Of a stretch of DNA of 64,000 bases, positions 43,000 through 53,037 are shown one piece after another. The DNA is taken from NCBI GenBank assembly GCA_963849635.1, contig CAWKIA010000036.1, forward strand, positions 81,923-145,922. Direction: 5' to 3'. The notes under the pieces were generated by a model. It worked only from the letters and a program-made list of their open reading frames with translations. It was not told the origin of the DNA and searched no databases. The stretch is from an uncultured Chloroflexia bacterium (GTDB lineage: Bacteria > Chloroflexota > Chloroflexia > Thermomicrobiales > UBA6265). The position numbers and the translations under genes were made by a program. Every line of letters begins with the position of its first letter. The first letter of the stretch is position 1.

Positions 43000-43728
43000 A
43001 TGACGGCAGGACGGTCAGGCAACAAGCGACCAACGGACTTTCGCGGTGAGACCGCTCGCGGCGTGAGGCGGGGTGATGCGATCGACATCATGCTCATCGA
43101 CGACCACGACATCGTGCGGCGTGGCCTGAGGAGTCTCATCGAATCCAACTCCGGCTGGCGCGTCAGCTGCGAAGCAGCTACCGGTCGAGAGGCACTCGCG
43201 TTGCTGAAAACGTGTCACGCCGACGTCGTGGTGACCGATCTCGGCCTGCCGGAATTGAACGGGCTGATGCTAGTTCGGAAGATTCGCCGGATGGTACCGG
43301 CCCCTGAGGTCGTCGTCTTCTCGATGTACGAGACGGAATTTCTCGTTCGCGAGGTGATCGCGATGGGTGCGCGAGGTTACGTCTTGAAGTCAGACGCGGC
43401 GCGGCATCTGACGGAGGCCATCGAAGCTGCGGTCGAGGGCAAGCCCTATGTTTCGCCGACGATAGCGGTCAAGATCCGAGACATCCTCGCGGACCATGCA
43501 GACCATCAGATCGGACCAGGCCCTGCGGGGCGGCCGCTGACGTTTCGACAACAGGAGATCATCCAGCTTCTGGCCGAAGGAAAGTCCAACAAAGAGATCG
43601 CGATCGCACTGTCGATCAGCGTCAAGACGGTCGAAACCCACCGAAGCGCGATCATGCGCAATCTCGGACTTAATTCGATCGTCGATCTGGTCCGATACGC
43701 CGTCCAGAATGGCATCACGCATTTCTGA
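43000..43728 (+). CDS. NarL/FixJ family response regulator (REC + LuxR HTH)
   Basis: LIDDH.IVRRG, D..LP.LNG, GA.GY.LK and LT.RQ.EI..LLAEG.SNKEIA..L.IS.KTVETHR motifs; start may be further downstream. Confidence 0.93.
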   Translation: MTAGRSGNKRPTDFRGETARGVRRGDAIDIMLIDDHDIVRRGLRSLIESNSGWRVSCEAATGREALALLKTCHADVVVTDLGLPELNGLMLVRKIRRMVPAPEVVVFSMYETEFLVREVIAMGARGYVLKSDAARHLTEAIEAAVEGKPYVSPTIAVKIRDILADHADHQIGPGPAGRPLTFRQQEIIQLLAEGKSNKEIAIALSISVKTVETHRSAIMRNLGLNSIVDLVRYAVQNGITHF

Positions 43729-43877
43729 TCCCGGAGGCGCGTCCTGGCATGTGTGGATGTCCGTTGGCGCATCCAGTTGGTCCCCGTGGAGGACAAAGCG
43801 TTGTTCTTGCGTGCGCCAGTCAGTGACCGCAGTGCTTGGCACGAAGTAGAGAGATGCGGCATCATTCCAGGAGTTTT

Positions 43878-44001
43878 AGAGCGTCTATCAAAACCCGCTG
43901 TTGCCGTCGGTCGTGCTCAGTCCCGGAGGGACGTCCGACAGGTAGCCCCCGACTTTAGTCCCGGGTGGAGCCGCCGACCGAGCGGTTTTGACAGGCGCTC
44001 T
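43878..44001 (+). mobile_element. 124-bp MITE/REP-like element, copy 2
   Basis: TIRs AGAGCGTCTATCAAAACC / GGTTTTGACAGGCGCTCT; internal GTCCCGGAGGGAC and CCCGACTTTAGTCCCGGG hairpins. Confidence 0.75.
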
Positions 44002-44034
44002 TTGGCCGCGCACTTCCGTCAAAAGTACTACGGG

Positions 44035-44081
44035 AACTACAGGAAATCCCCGATGCTGGAACTCCACAAAGCAGTTAGAGT
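44035..44081 (+). promoter_or_regulatory. Variant regulator box and -10 upstream of the MalT-like gene
   Basis: AACTACAGGAAA-TCCC-CGATGC-N19-TAGAGT; TAC and CGATG sit in the same register as in the regulon element. Confidence 0.45.
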
Positions 44082-44163
44082 TAGGGGACGTGTCCATAAA
44101 GGACGTCTGCATGGCTGTGCCCCGTCGACGGGACGATGAGTTTCGTGTTCAGAGGGGAGTAAT

Positions 44164-46861
44164 GTGGTGAGCGCCGAGCTTGCGTCCATGCCGGTCTCTC
44201 AACCCGAGGCGATGCCGGCGCGTCACGGCCGTCGAATGTTAACCACGAAAATCAGCGCACCCCGGTTGCGCCCCGATCTCGTTAATCGGGCACGGCTGAT
44301 CGAGGCGATTTCCTTCGCGGACGTTCCATTGACGGTGGTCTGCGGTCCCGCTGGCTTTGGCAAGTCGACGCTCGTGAGCCAATGGATCATCAAGTCCGGG
44401 ACGCCGACCGCGTGGGCCCAACTTGACGCCTACGACAACGATCCCTGGGGCTTCTTCCACCTCATCGCGTCCGCCATCGATTCCATCGATCCCGACATCG
44501 CGTCCAGCACCCTCCAGTTGCTTGAATCACCGCTCGACGCCGGTTCGACTCAGGCCGTCATCCAATCGCTCATGGAAAGTCTCTCGGCGACGACTCGCCC
44601 ATTTGCGCTCGTGCTCGACGACTATCAAGTCATCACTTCACCCGTTATTCACGACGTCATTAGGGATCTCCTGTTGTATGTGCCGCCGACCATGCGCGTC
44701 TTCGTCATCAGCCGAACCGATCCTCCCTTGCATCTGGCCAGGCTGCGTGGACGCCACCAGGTGCTCGAGTTGGGGCAAGACGACCTACGGTTCACGGACG
44801 ATGAGGCGCTCGAACTTCTCCAAAAGACGAATAACCTCCAGGTGACCGCCGGCGATGTGGACTCCCTCAACGGCCACGCGGAAGGTTGGGTCGCAGGTCT
44901 CCAACTGGTCGCATACATGTTGCATGCACAGTCCCGTGAGGGCATTCGCCAGTTCGTCGCGGAATTCAGCGGGAGCGTCCGTTCGATCGAGGACTACCTC
45001 TGGGAAGAGGTCATCGGACGGCAGAGCGTCGCGTTCCAGGATTTCTTGCTGCGCACCTCGATCCTCGACCGCTTCACCGCTCCACTTTGCACTGCCGTCA
45101 CCGGGATCGAGGACAGCGGCGCAGCGATCCAGCATCTGGAGCGGTCCAACCTGTTCGTTGTGCCGTTGGACCATCTCGGCCACTGGTATCGCTATCACCA
45201 CCTGTTCGCGGACGTCCTCCGGGATCGTCTCGCTCAGGTACTGCCCGAGGAACAGCTGAACGATCTGCACCGGCGCGCATCCGTGTGGCTGGAAGACCAT
45301 GACTTCATCGAGCAGGCTGCTCGGCACGCGGTGGCCGGCCGTGACTGGGACCGGGTGGCCACGCTGCTCGAACAGATTTGCGGCGAGCTCTATGCACAGG
45401 ACCGAGCGGCGGCCCTATGCGCATGGATACAAGGCGTTCCTCGGGCGACACTTGTGCAGCATCCAAAGCTCGCATTTTGGTTGGCCTATGCGCTCAGCCG
45501 GATGGGTCACTTCCGACAGGCCGCCGCACCGCTCCGGATTGCCGAGCAAGCATGGGTCCTCAGCAACGACCACTCGCACTTGGGCGATCTCCGGATCGTG
45601 CAAGCGCTTCGGAGTGCCACTCAGGACACCGGTCATGCGGTCGAATATGCAAAGGAGGCGTTCGACCTGCTGGCCAATGACGGAACCGGGAGCCAGGCGG
45701 TCGCTGGGATTGCCCTTGCCGCGGCCTATCTTCACGATGGCGATATGGACGCGGCCAAAATGACCTATTCCGTTGTGCGGTCAACTGTCGACAGCGAACC
45801 GCGCGAATGGGTCCAACTTGCCGAGATGAATGGGTCCGCGTATGTCCTTGCTAAACAGGGGAATCTCTTGGAAGCCGCGGTACTGTCTCGACGCGTTATC
45901 AAGCGCGCCGACGAGCGGCATCTGATGCAGGCGCAGTTCGCACACGGCGCACTCGGTAGCGTCTGCGTCGAGTGGAACATGATCGACGAGGGCGTGCGAC
46001 ACCTTCGTAGTGCGCAGGCACTGGCAGAGCAAACACACATGGCGATAGGCCGGCATGGGGTGAGTCTGTCACTGGCGCGCGCGTTTTGGGCCTGGGGCGA
46101 CGTCGAGGCCGCCTTCGACGAGGTTGAGCGGGCGATAGAATTGGCCAATGAGATGGAATCCCCGCAGGGGATCAGAGATGCCCGCGCCCGCCAGGCGCAG
46201 TTCTGGTTGGCCCAGGGACGCGTTGCGTTGGCCCACCGCTGGGCGGACAGCAACGACCTGGATCCGTACCTGCCCCCGACCTACGGTCGCCAAAGCGAAT
46301 ACTTGACGTTCGCGCGCCTCTTGATCGTCGACGACCTCCCCGAATTGGCGCTGGCTATCCTCAACGCGGCCGCCGATCTGGCAGAAACTCAGGGACGGTT
46401 CGCCGACCTTCTTCAGATTTTGCTGCTCAGCGCCCTGGCGCACAAAGTCGCGGGCGATCAAACCGCGGCGATGCTCGCATTCCACCGGTCACTCGCCATC
46501 GGTGAATCTGGGGGATTTGCACGAATCATTGTGGACGAGGGCGCGTCGGTCGCCCCCCTCTTGCGACATGCCACCACCCGCGGTGCCTTCCGCGACTACG
46601 CGCAACGGCTGCTCACACGCGATCGAAGGGGCCCCGACCGGCGCGATCGCGGTCCAAGGGGACACGATTGAGCAGCTCAGCGAGCGCGAGGTGGAGGTGC
46701 TTCGGCTGGTTTCGGCAGGGTTGCCCAACCGGGATATCGGGAACCATCTATTCATTACCGAGAAGACGGTCAAGAAACACCTGAGCAATATCCTTGGCAA
46801 GCTGCAATCAGCTAACCGTACGCAGGCCGTGGACCAGGCGCGTCGCTTGGGCTGGTTATAA
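44164..46861 (+). pseudogene. MalT-like STAND ATPase-TPR-LuxR transcriptional regulator with a +1 frameshift near 46615, before the HTH
   Basis: Walker A GPAGFGKS, Walker B LVLDDY, ISR.DP, EGW.AGLQL and WYRYHHLF; the LuxR HTH LSEREVEVL...G..N..I...LFI.E.TVK.H is in a different frame (46502-46861). Confidence 0.88.
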
Positions 46862-46986
46862 CGGCGCGCAGCCCTGGCCGCCTGATTGTGCAGAGGATGG
46901 ATGACACCGAAGGATGCCCGGGTGGGGGGCGTCTGCACATCGCGTGTCGTACCACACGACGCACCATTTCTACCCCGGTCTCCAGT

Positions 46987-47421
46987 CTAAACGGACGTCC
47001 TCATCACCGGGCTGGATGAATGCGCACTGATCGACGTGTCGGCGATCGCCGCCAAGAGCGTTGCGGCGAGGTACGGCTTGAGGACCACCCTCACGCCCAG
47101 GGTGCCCAGATGGTGCCGCAGGGCGTCGGCCTCGCTGGCGGCCCCAGTGCAGAGCACGATCGAGGTCGCGACGGTCTTGGGGTCCAGTCGCAATAACTGC
47201 AGGAGCGACCACCCGTTGTCGTCTCCTGTCCACTTGTAGTCGAGAACGATAAGGTTGGGCGCGAGCCGCTTGATCTCTTCGCGGTCGTGGTTGTAGTAGG
47301 GGAGGAGAGAGACGACGTATCCCGCCGCTTCTAGGATGTCGTTCACTTCGAGGAGGAGCGATTGGTCCGTGCTAATGACCAACACGTGGCGCGGTGCCGT
47401 TCGGTCCACGTCGTTCTCCAT
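46987..47421 (-). CDS. Single-domain response regulator (atypical receiver)
   Basis: P.LIVLD, GW.LLQ.LR.DP.T...IVLCT and KP motifs; acidic pocket degenerate (VIST). Confidence 0.8.
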   Translation of the reverse strand: MENDVDRTAPRHVLVISTDQSLLLEVNDILEAAGYVVSLLPYYNHDREEIKRLAPNLIVLDYKWTGDDNGWSLLQLLRLDPKTVATSIVLCTGAASEADALRHHLGTLGVRVVLKPYLAATLLAAIADTSISAHSSSPVMRTSV

Positions 47422-47654
47422 CGAATTCGAACCGGACCACATTGTTCCAGATTCCAACGTCAACTGTACTACATGATGCAACGGCTCAGATGGATGAAGG
47501 TACGCCCTAGACGAACTGAAACTCCTACCTTAATCACGGGACTAACGACTGCGCCACACGCTAACTGGGCTATACCAGCCCACTCGTGTAGCGATGATCA
47601 TAGAAGCTGGCCCCTTCGACGTTGCCGCTCCTGCAGTTCGGCCACCTAAGCGGC

Positions 47655-47701
47655 GAATACGCCCTCGGTCGGATGACGCTACACCCACCTATCGATAGCC
47701 T
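47655..47701 (+). promoter_or_regulatory. Regulon promoter element, site K
   Basis: GAATACGCCCTC-GGTC-GGATGA-CGCTACACCCACCTATCGA(19)-TAGCCT. Confidence 0.78.
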
Positions 47702-47777
47702 GGGAATGGTCATCACCGCAACTGCGCGAAACCCGTGCGAAACGGCTTGTCGTGCGTGTGAAGAAGGGCAGCACATC

Positions 47778-47927
47778 ATGGGTCCCGGTACGTCACGACT
47801 TCGGGGGTTCTTGCAATGGCTCGGGTTCGCCCCAAAGAGGCAAGCCGGCCTTGTCCCCGTCTACGTTCGATCCGGCCGCCAGCGCGGCGGAGACCCGCCG
47901 CGTTCAAGCCGGAATAGGGGTGTCTGA
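47778..47927 (+). CDS. Candidate 49-aa small protein
   Basis: First ATG with a purine-rich RBS (GAAGAAGGG) downstream of site K; amphipathic LRGFLQWLGF and VPVYVR motif. Confidence 0.4.
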   Translation: MGPGTSRLRGFLQWLGFAPKRQAGLVPVYVRSGRQRGGDPPRSSRNRGV

Positions 47928-48049
47928 CGGTCACCTCCCGCACGAGGTCAGGTTGATTTTCCGGCTGGAGTGTCTTCAGCAAAGGCCGCAGACCGCCGAA
48001 CGCGCGTTGACATACGGCTTGACCGTTCAAGCGTGGCATGGAGGGAACG

Positions 48050-48814
48050 ATGGCGGAGCAGGCGAAAGCGACGTTGCAGAAGGGTATTCCGTGGCGACGC
48101 GGTCTCGCCTGGTGGGTCGTCGGACTTGAGGGACTCCTTCTCCTGGTCGCCGGCATCTATGTCGTCGCCGCGCCGGACAACGCGAAGACCGCGGTTCGCG
48201 TCATCATCGGCGCCTTCATCCTGGCAAACAGTGTCGGATCCGTGATGGCCAGCTTTCGGCCGGCAGCGCTTTCGAATCCTATCACGCCATATAAAACGCT
48301 TTCGGCCGGGTCTGGTCTGACGGTCGGGACAATTGTCGTTCTCCAGCCCTTGACCGAAAACATCACCGACAACGCCGCTCGGGTCATCCTTGCCCTGGGG
48401 CTCTTGGTATTCGGCGTCATCGGTCTCGCCGGCATTTACATGACGCGAGCAACCGGCGGGTGGCCCCGCGGACCGATCGTGACTGCCGGGGTGAGCGTCC
48501 TCTTCTCGATTTTGATGTTCTACAACGTCAGCAACGAAACGCTCGACATGCGCTGGTTTGGCTATGCAGCGCTCGCCGTCGGCGTGCTGATCTGCGGATA
48601 CGCAGGTGCTCTCTACAAAGCTGGGCAGGTCACGCCGGAGGTCGCGGCCACGCAGCCAGATCCAGCCATAGAAAGCGTGGCAGAAGACCCCGCACCCGCC
48701 TCCGCGGAGGCGCCGCGGCCACCGGCCCCCCTTTCGCCGGCACCGACGGCCGCCGAGCCGCAATCCGTCGTTGTCCCATCGAGCACCAGCCCATCGGACT
48801 CGATGGACGAGTGA
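48050..48814 (+). CDS. HdeD/DUF308-like 6-TM membrane protein with Pro-rich tail
   Basis: WW....EG.LLL.AGI.....P repeat pattern; GGAGG RBS. Confidence 0.7.
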   Translation: MAEQAKATLQKGIPWRRGLAWWVVGLEGLLLLVAGIYVVAAPDNAKTAVRVIIGAFILANSVGSVMASFRPAALSNPITPYKTLSAGSGLTVGTIVVLQPLTENITDNAARVILALGLLVFGVIGLAGIYMTRATGGWPRGPIVTAGVSVLFSILMFYNVSNETLDMRWFGYAALAVGVLICGYAGALYKAGQVTPEVAATQPDPAIESVAEDPAPASAEAPRPPAPLSPAPTAAEPQSVVVPSSTSPSDSMDE

Positions 48815-48818
48815 TCAG

Positions 48819-48854
48819 ATGCCGGGAGGGGAGCGTGTGCTCCCCTCCCGGCAT
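48819..48854 (+). terminator. Hairpin terminator-like element
   Basis: ATGCCGGGAGGGGAGC-GTGT-GCTCCCCTCCCGGCAT right after the stop codon. Confidence 0.65.
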
Positions 48855-48918
48855 AAGCTCGCCGTATCTGACCGCCTCATCAGATCCTTCCGCGCAGCCT
48901 AATCCGTCGTATCGACCC

Positions 48919-48966
48919 GAATACTCCCTTGGACTCATGCAGGTAAACCCATCCCACACATACCGT
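48919..48966 (+). promoter_or_regulatory. Regulon promoter element, site L
   Basis: GAATACTCCCTT-GGAC-TCATGC-AGGTAAACCCATCCCACACA-TACCGT. Confidence 0.72.
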
Positions 48967-49104
48967 CATGCTGGGGCTCGTGCCCGATCCCTTCAACCGG
49001 CGTCACGTGAAGGAGGAGCTAGGCAAGACATCAAGGGCGGCAATCATCCAGGCCAATGACGATTTCGGTCTCCGGAGTCTAGACAGCACCAAGGAGAGGT
49101 CACG

Positions 49105-49866
49105 ATGACACTTGAGCGACGCATATCTGGGAGGCGTGGACGCGGCGTAACCGCGCTGGTGATCGTCGCGGCGCTTGCGCTGATGATGGTGCCGGCGGGC
49201 CTTCGTCAAGCGGCCGCCCAAGACAGCTCGACCACCGTTGATGTCCAGACGCGGGCTGTCTTCCTGCATGCCTCACCGGATCTGGGCGAGGTCGAGGTTG
49301 CCCTCAATTGGGACACTCAGCTTGAAGAGTTCGGGTACGGCGACCTGAGTGACTGGGTCGATGTTCCGCCGGGAGCCGTGGAAGTAACGATCAACGCCGA
49401 ACGAAGAGGCATCAACTACATGGTCTTCGACGCCGTTTACCCGGCGCCGGCTGGAAACGACTACTTCATGGTCATCACTGATCAACTCGTCGCCGGTGGT
49501 GCCTTTGACCGAAGCCCAATCCCCGACAACAGCGCCCGAGTCCAGGTCATGCAGGGATCGGTCAGCCTGCCGGCGGTGAACGTCGTGGCGACGGGTTCGG
49601 ACGTCGAGTGGGCCACGCAGCTTCAGTATCCGCGGTCATCGGAAGCCACGGTGGTGCCAGCCGGAAGCTACAACCTCGAGGTCAGGCTCGCCGATTCCGG
49701 TGAGACGGTACTCACTGTTCCCGGCGTCTCGTTGAGCGGCGATACCGTCAACGAGCTGGTCATCATAGGCAACGCGAACGACAGCGACCATCCACTCGAG
49801 ATCAAGGTGCTGTCGAACACCACCCAACCGCGAGACGGTGACAGCGCGGGAACCCCGCCCGCCTAG
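49105..49866 (+). CDS. Secreted DUF4397 domain protein
   Basis: Signal peptide; HASPD...V.V, VPPG and VPAG.Y.L.VR repeats; AAGGAGAGG RBS. Confidence 0.82.
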   Translation: MTLERRISGRRGRGVTALVIVAALALMMVPAGLRQAAAQDSSTTVDVQTRAVFLHASPDLGEVEVALNWDTQLEEFGYGDLSDWVDVPPGAVEVTINAERRGINYMVFDAVYPAPAGNDYFMVITDQLVAGGAFDRSPIPDNSARVQVMQGSVSLPAVNVVATGSDVEWATQLQYPRSSEATVVPAGSYNLEVRLADSGETVLTVPGVSLSGDTVNELVIIGNANDSDHPLEIKVLSNTTQPRDGDSAGTPPA

Positions 49867-50051
49867 CCGCGTAGGGTTCACGAGTGGCGCCCCTTCTGGA
49901 CGTGCATCGCTGGTGAAACCGAAAGCGTACCTCGCTGAACAGCAACACAAATAGGTTTCAAGCGATGTGGCGCAACGGATCCATCAGGGTGACCCAATCG
50001 TTCTGACGTCCGGAACGTTCGGAGTCAAACGGAAAACACGAGGAGATATCC

Positions 50052-50777
50052 ATGTCTCGCATTGCAGTTGTTACCGCCGTTTTGCTCACGATGGCGCTGA
50101 TGGTGACCGGCGCCCTGCGGGCTACCGCCCAAGATGCGACTCCGGATGCGACTCCGGAAGCGACTCCTACCGCCGGGGCTACCATCACTCCACCGGGTGG
50201 AGACTACGCGGACATGGCGGCTAGCTGGGGCCAATGGCTCTTCTCGTTCCCGGCCGCGGTCAGCCCAGCGTCTGACGCCACCGGCATCGCGTGCGGTCTC
50301 GGTCAAAGCGGATCCACCTTCTTCCTGGCTCCTTCAGCCGTTGGTGCAGGGGCGATTACCCGGGCTTGCACGATCCTCGAAGGGACGAGCGTGCTGGTTC
50401 CGGTGATCGCGGTGGACTGCTCTACGGCTGAAGCCGCCCCCTTCTACGGTGACAGTGCCGACACGCTAGCATCGTGCGCCATGACCAACGCGGACGCGAT
50501 TACCGGAGGCAACGCGTCGATCGACGGCACCGATGTCGCCGATATCGCCTCGTACCGGGTGCAGAGTCCTGTGTTCGGCGTCGTCCTGCCTGAAGGGAAT
50601 ATGCTCAACGCGCCGGGCGGGGTTGCCTCGGTCGTCGTGGACGGCGCGTTCCTCAACGTCGAGGGTCTGGCTGCCGGGGAGCACACAATCTCCTATGGCG
50701 GCACGTACGAGAGCGGTGGCGCCATCGATATCACCTACAACATCACCGTGGTGGCGGCCCCGGTAGCGTCGAGCTAA
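50052..50777 (+). CDS. Secreted hypothetical protein with conserved Cys pattern
   Basis: Signal peptide, DATPDATPEATP linker, W.QW..S.P, C..GQSG..FFLA and R.CTI motifs. Confidence 0.75.
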   Translation: MSRIAVVTAVLLTMALMVTGALRATAQDATPDATPEATPTAGATITPPGGDYADMAASWGQWLFSFPAAVSPASDATGIACGLGQSGSTFFLAPSAVGAGAITRACTILEGTSVLVPVIAVDCSTAEAAPFYGDSADTLASCAMTNADAITGGNASIDGTDVADIASYRVQSPVFGVVLPEGNMLNAPGGVASVVVDGAFLNVEGLAAGEHTISYGGTYESGGAIDITYNITVVAAPVASS

Positions 50778-51110
50778 TCCAGATCGGAACCTGCGTCCGT
50801 TGCGGGACGTACTTGCCACCGGCAGCATTCCGCGACGGACGCGCGGCGGCGGATGAACCGCCGTCCATAGTGAGGCGACATCCGGGAGAAGAAGTCGGCA
50901 AGCACAGTGCGGGCAGGAAGCCACTGTCGCCGATGAGCACGCGACGGGATCAAGAGCGAACGACCGTCGCGTGATGACTAACGAAGACGTGCGGAAGATT
51001 GATCGACCACGCGAGCAAGAGGCTGCACCGCGATCTGCCCGAGCGCTGTGGCCTCCGTCGCACCACGTTTGACAGCGGCGATCCGTCAGGATGATCGAAG
51101 GGCACCTGAG

Positions 51111-51626
51111 ATGAGCAAGTCGGCGCACATGCTCGCAGCCATCTTCCCCGATCGGGAACATGCCAAGGTCATCCTGGACATGCTGGAGCAGATGCACCAC
51201 GCGCAGAGGGTCAAACTGGTCGACGCCGCCCTGGTGACCAAGGACGACCAGGGCAAGTTGCAGATCGAAGAAACGAAGGAACTCACCACAAGGAAGGGTG
51301 CGCGACGCGGGGCAGTCATCATGGGCTCGATGGCGATTCTCTTCCCGCCCACGATCATCGCCTCCGCGGTCGCCGGTGGCGTCATCGGCGCCGTCGCCGG
51401 CAGACTGCGCGATTCGGGGATCAAGAACAAGCAGATGCGCGAACTCGCTGAGCGCCTCCAACCCGGTGAAGCCATCGTGGTCGCATTGGCCGAGGATGAG
51501 TCGGTGCTGAGGGTGCAGTCGGCTCTCGAAGGTTACGAGGGGCAACTCGTCATCGCCGAGATCGACGAAGAGGCCATGATCGAGCTCCACAAAGCGGCGG
51601 TGATGAAGGCAGGGACGGAAGGCTGA
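51111..51626 (+). CDS. DUF1269-like protein (paralogue 3)
   Basis: DAALV.KD..GKL.I.E.KELT..KG.RRGA and L.PG; closest to 4646-5236. Confidence 0.82.
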   Translation: MSKSAHMLAAIFPDREHAKVILDMLEQMHHAQRVKLVDAALVTKDDQGKLQIEETKELTTRKGARRGAVIMGSMAILFPPTIIASAVAGGVIGAVAGRLRDSGIKNKQMRELAERLQPGEAIVVALAEDESVLRVQSALEGYEGQLVIAEIDEEAMIELHKAAVMKAGTEG

Positions 51627-51671
51627 TCGTTGTGTCAATCGCGGCCAACGCTCGGAAAGAGGATAGCGACG

Positions 51672-52361
51672 GTGGTCCAGTACGAAATTCATATCGGCAG
51701 CCACGTCGAAGCGAGCGACGGGAAGTCGCTCGGCTCCGTCCAGCGTCTCATTGTCCATCCGGACGCGAAACAGGTGAACGGCTTTCTGCTTGGCAAAGGC
51801 CACTTAACCGCGAACCGGATCATTGCCTTGGGCCAGGTTGAATCCGCGGGTCCCCACGGCGTCGTGCTTAAGCTCGATGCCCACCAGGCCGAACAGGCGC
51901 CGGTCGTCATCCATGAGCAAATGCTCAGGGCTCCAGGCAATCTGACGTACCAGGGAAGATGGGGAGCACAGGCGACCTTTGAGGGTACGGGAGAGCATTG
52001 GGTCATGCGGTCCCCCGAGGCCGATTTTTCCACGATCGATTCCAAATCGCTGTTCTCTCCAGCACCGATTGGCACGATCGAAGCGCAGAACATCGACGAT
52101 CTGCCGGAAGATAGCGTCCTCCTCGGCAAGCGGACCGAGGTCGTCGGCTCTGATGGACGGAAGGTCGGTCACGTCGACGGGATCACCGTTGACTCTGATC
52201 GACGGATCATTGACTTTGTGGCCAAGGCAGGGCACGTGTTTTCGCACGACGACGTGCGCGTCCCAATGTCGTCCGTGGCGGGGATCAGTCATGTGCACGT
52301 TCGCCTCGATGTCACTGCTGAGTCCGCTGCACATGCGTCGGGTCTTGACCTCGATCCGTAA
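51672..52361 (+). CDS. Tandem PRC-barrel domain protein
   Basis: Two V...DG..(L/V)G.V..(L/I).V repeats. Confidence 0.8.
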   Translation: MVQYEIHIGSHVEASDGKSLGSVQRLIVHPDAKQVNGFLLGKGHLTANRIIALGQVESAGPHGVVLKLDAHQAEQAPVVIHEQMLRAPGNLTYQGRWGAQATFEGTGEHWVMRSPEADFSTIDSKSLFSPAPIGTIEAQNIDDLPEDSVLLGKRTEVVGSDGRKVGHVDGITVDSDRRIIDFVAKAGHVFSHDDVRVPMSSVAGISHVHVRLDVTAESAAHASGLDLDP

Positions 52362-52473
52362 TCCCGGGTGTCGCGGCCCTTCGGGTGCCTTATGGCATGT
52401 TGCGGGCGTTCGGCGACGTCGTCTCCACCTGAGACGAATCCCTGCCCGCTCGCTCCGATAAAGGGAACAAGTC

Positions 52474-53037
52474 ATGGCATCCGATCGCTCATCGCGGCTC
52501 GTCAGACTCAGCCGGTCTGACTTCGCAATCGAAAATTTCAATGAGGATGTGCGAGGGCGACACGTGCTCACGATCGACGGTGACCGGATCGGCACCGTCG
52601 AGGATCTACTGATCGACAGGGAAGATCAGACGGTCCGCTTTCTGCAAGTCGGAGCCGGCGGATTCCTTGGCTTCGGTGAACACACTTGGTTGATTCCGAT
52701 CGAGGCCGTGCAAGAAGTCGACGAGTATCACGTTCTCGTTGATCAGTCACGCGAGCACGTCGCTGCCGCGCCGCTCTACAACCCTCACGTGGTGCAGACG
52801 GATCCGTATCTGAACGACGTCTACGAGCATTACGGCTATCGGCCGCCCTGGGTTCCGGGCGCCGAGACATACGTGAACACCTCCTGCCTGGTCTCAACAG
52901 GATGTTCCTTGGGCCCAAGGTTTAGTGACCATCCGGAGATTCCCCACCGATATCTGCGGCCGGTTCACGCTTTCTGTACCGCTTCCACGACCGAATACGC
53001 CCTTAGTCCGATGTCATTACAACCCTCCTCCTTATAA
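52474..53037 (+). CDS. PRC-barrel domain protein (3' end doubtful)
   Basis: DVRG..V...DG..IG.VEDL.ID, GGFLG.GE...IP, AP.Y.P and Y..YGY motifs; the tail after about aa 132 is not family-like. Confidence 0.8.
   Translation: MASDRSSRLVRLSRSDFAIENFNEDVRGRHVLTIDGDRIGTVEDLLIDREDQTVRFLQVGAGGFLGFGEHTWLIPIEAVQEVDEYHVLVDQSREHVAAAPLYNPHVVQTDPYLNDVYEHYGYRPPWVPGAETYVNTSCLVSTGCSLGPRFSDHPEIPHRYLRPVHAFCTASTTEYALSPMSLQPSSL

Noticed and set aside
44164-46861. STAND ATPase, EEP or PLD proteins as an anti-phage defence system
   Set aside because: The STAND protein has MalT/LuxR architecture with no effector domain. The PLD has two HKD motifs and a TM like lipid synthases, the EEP is the membrane-anchored type, and the three are not clustered.
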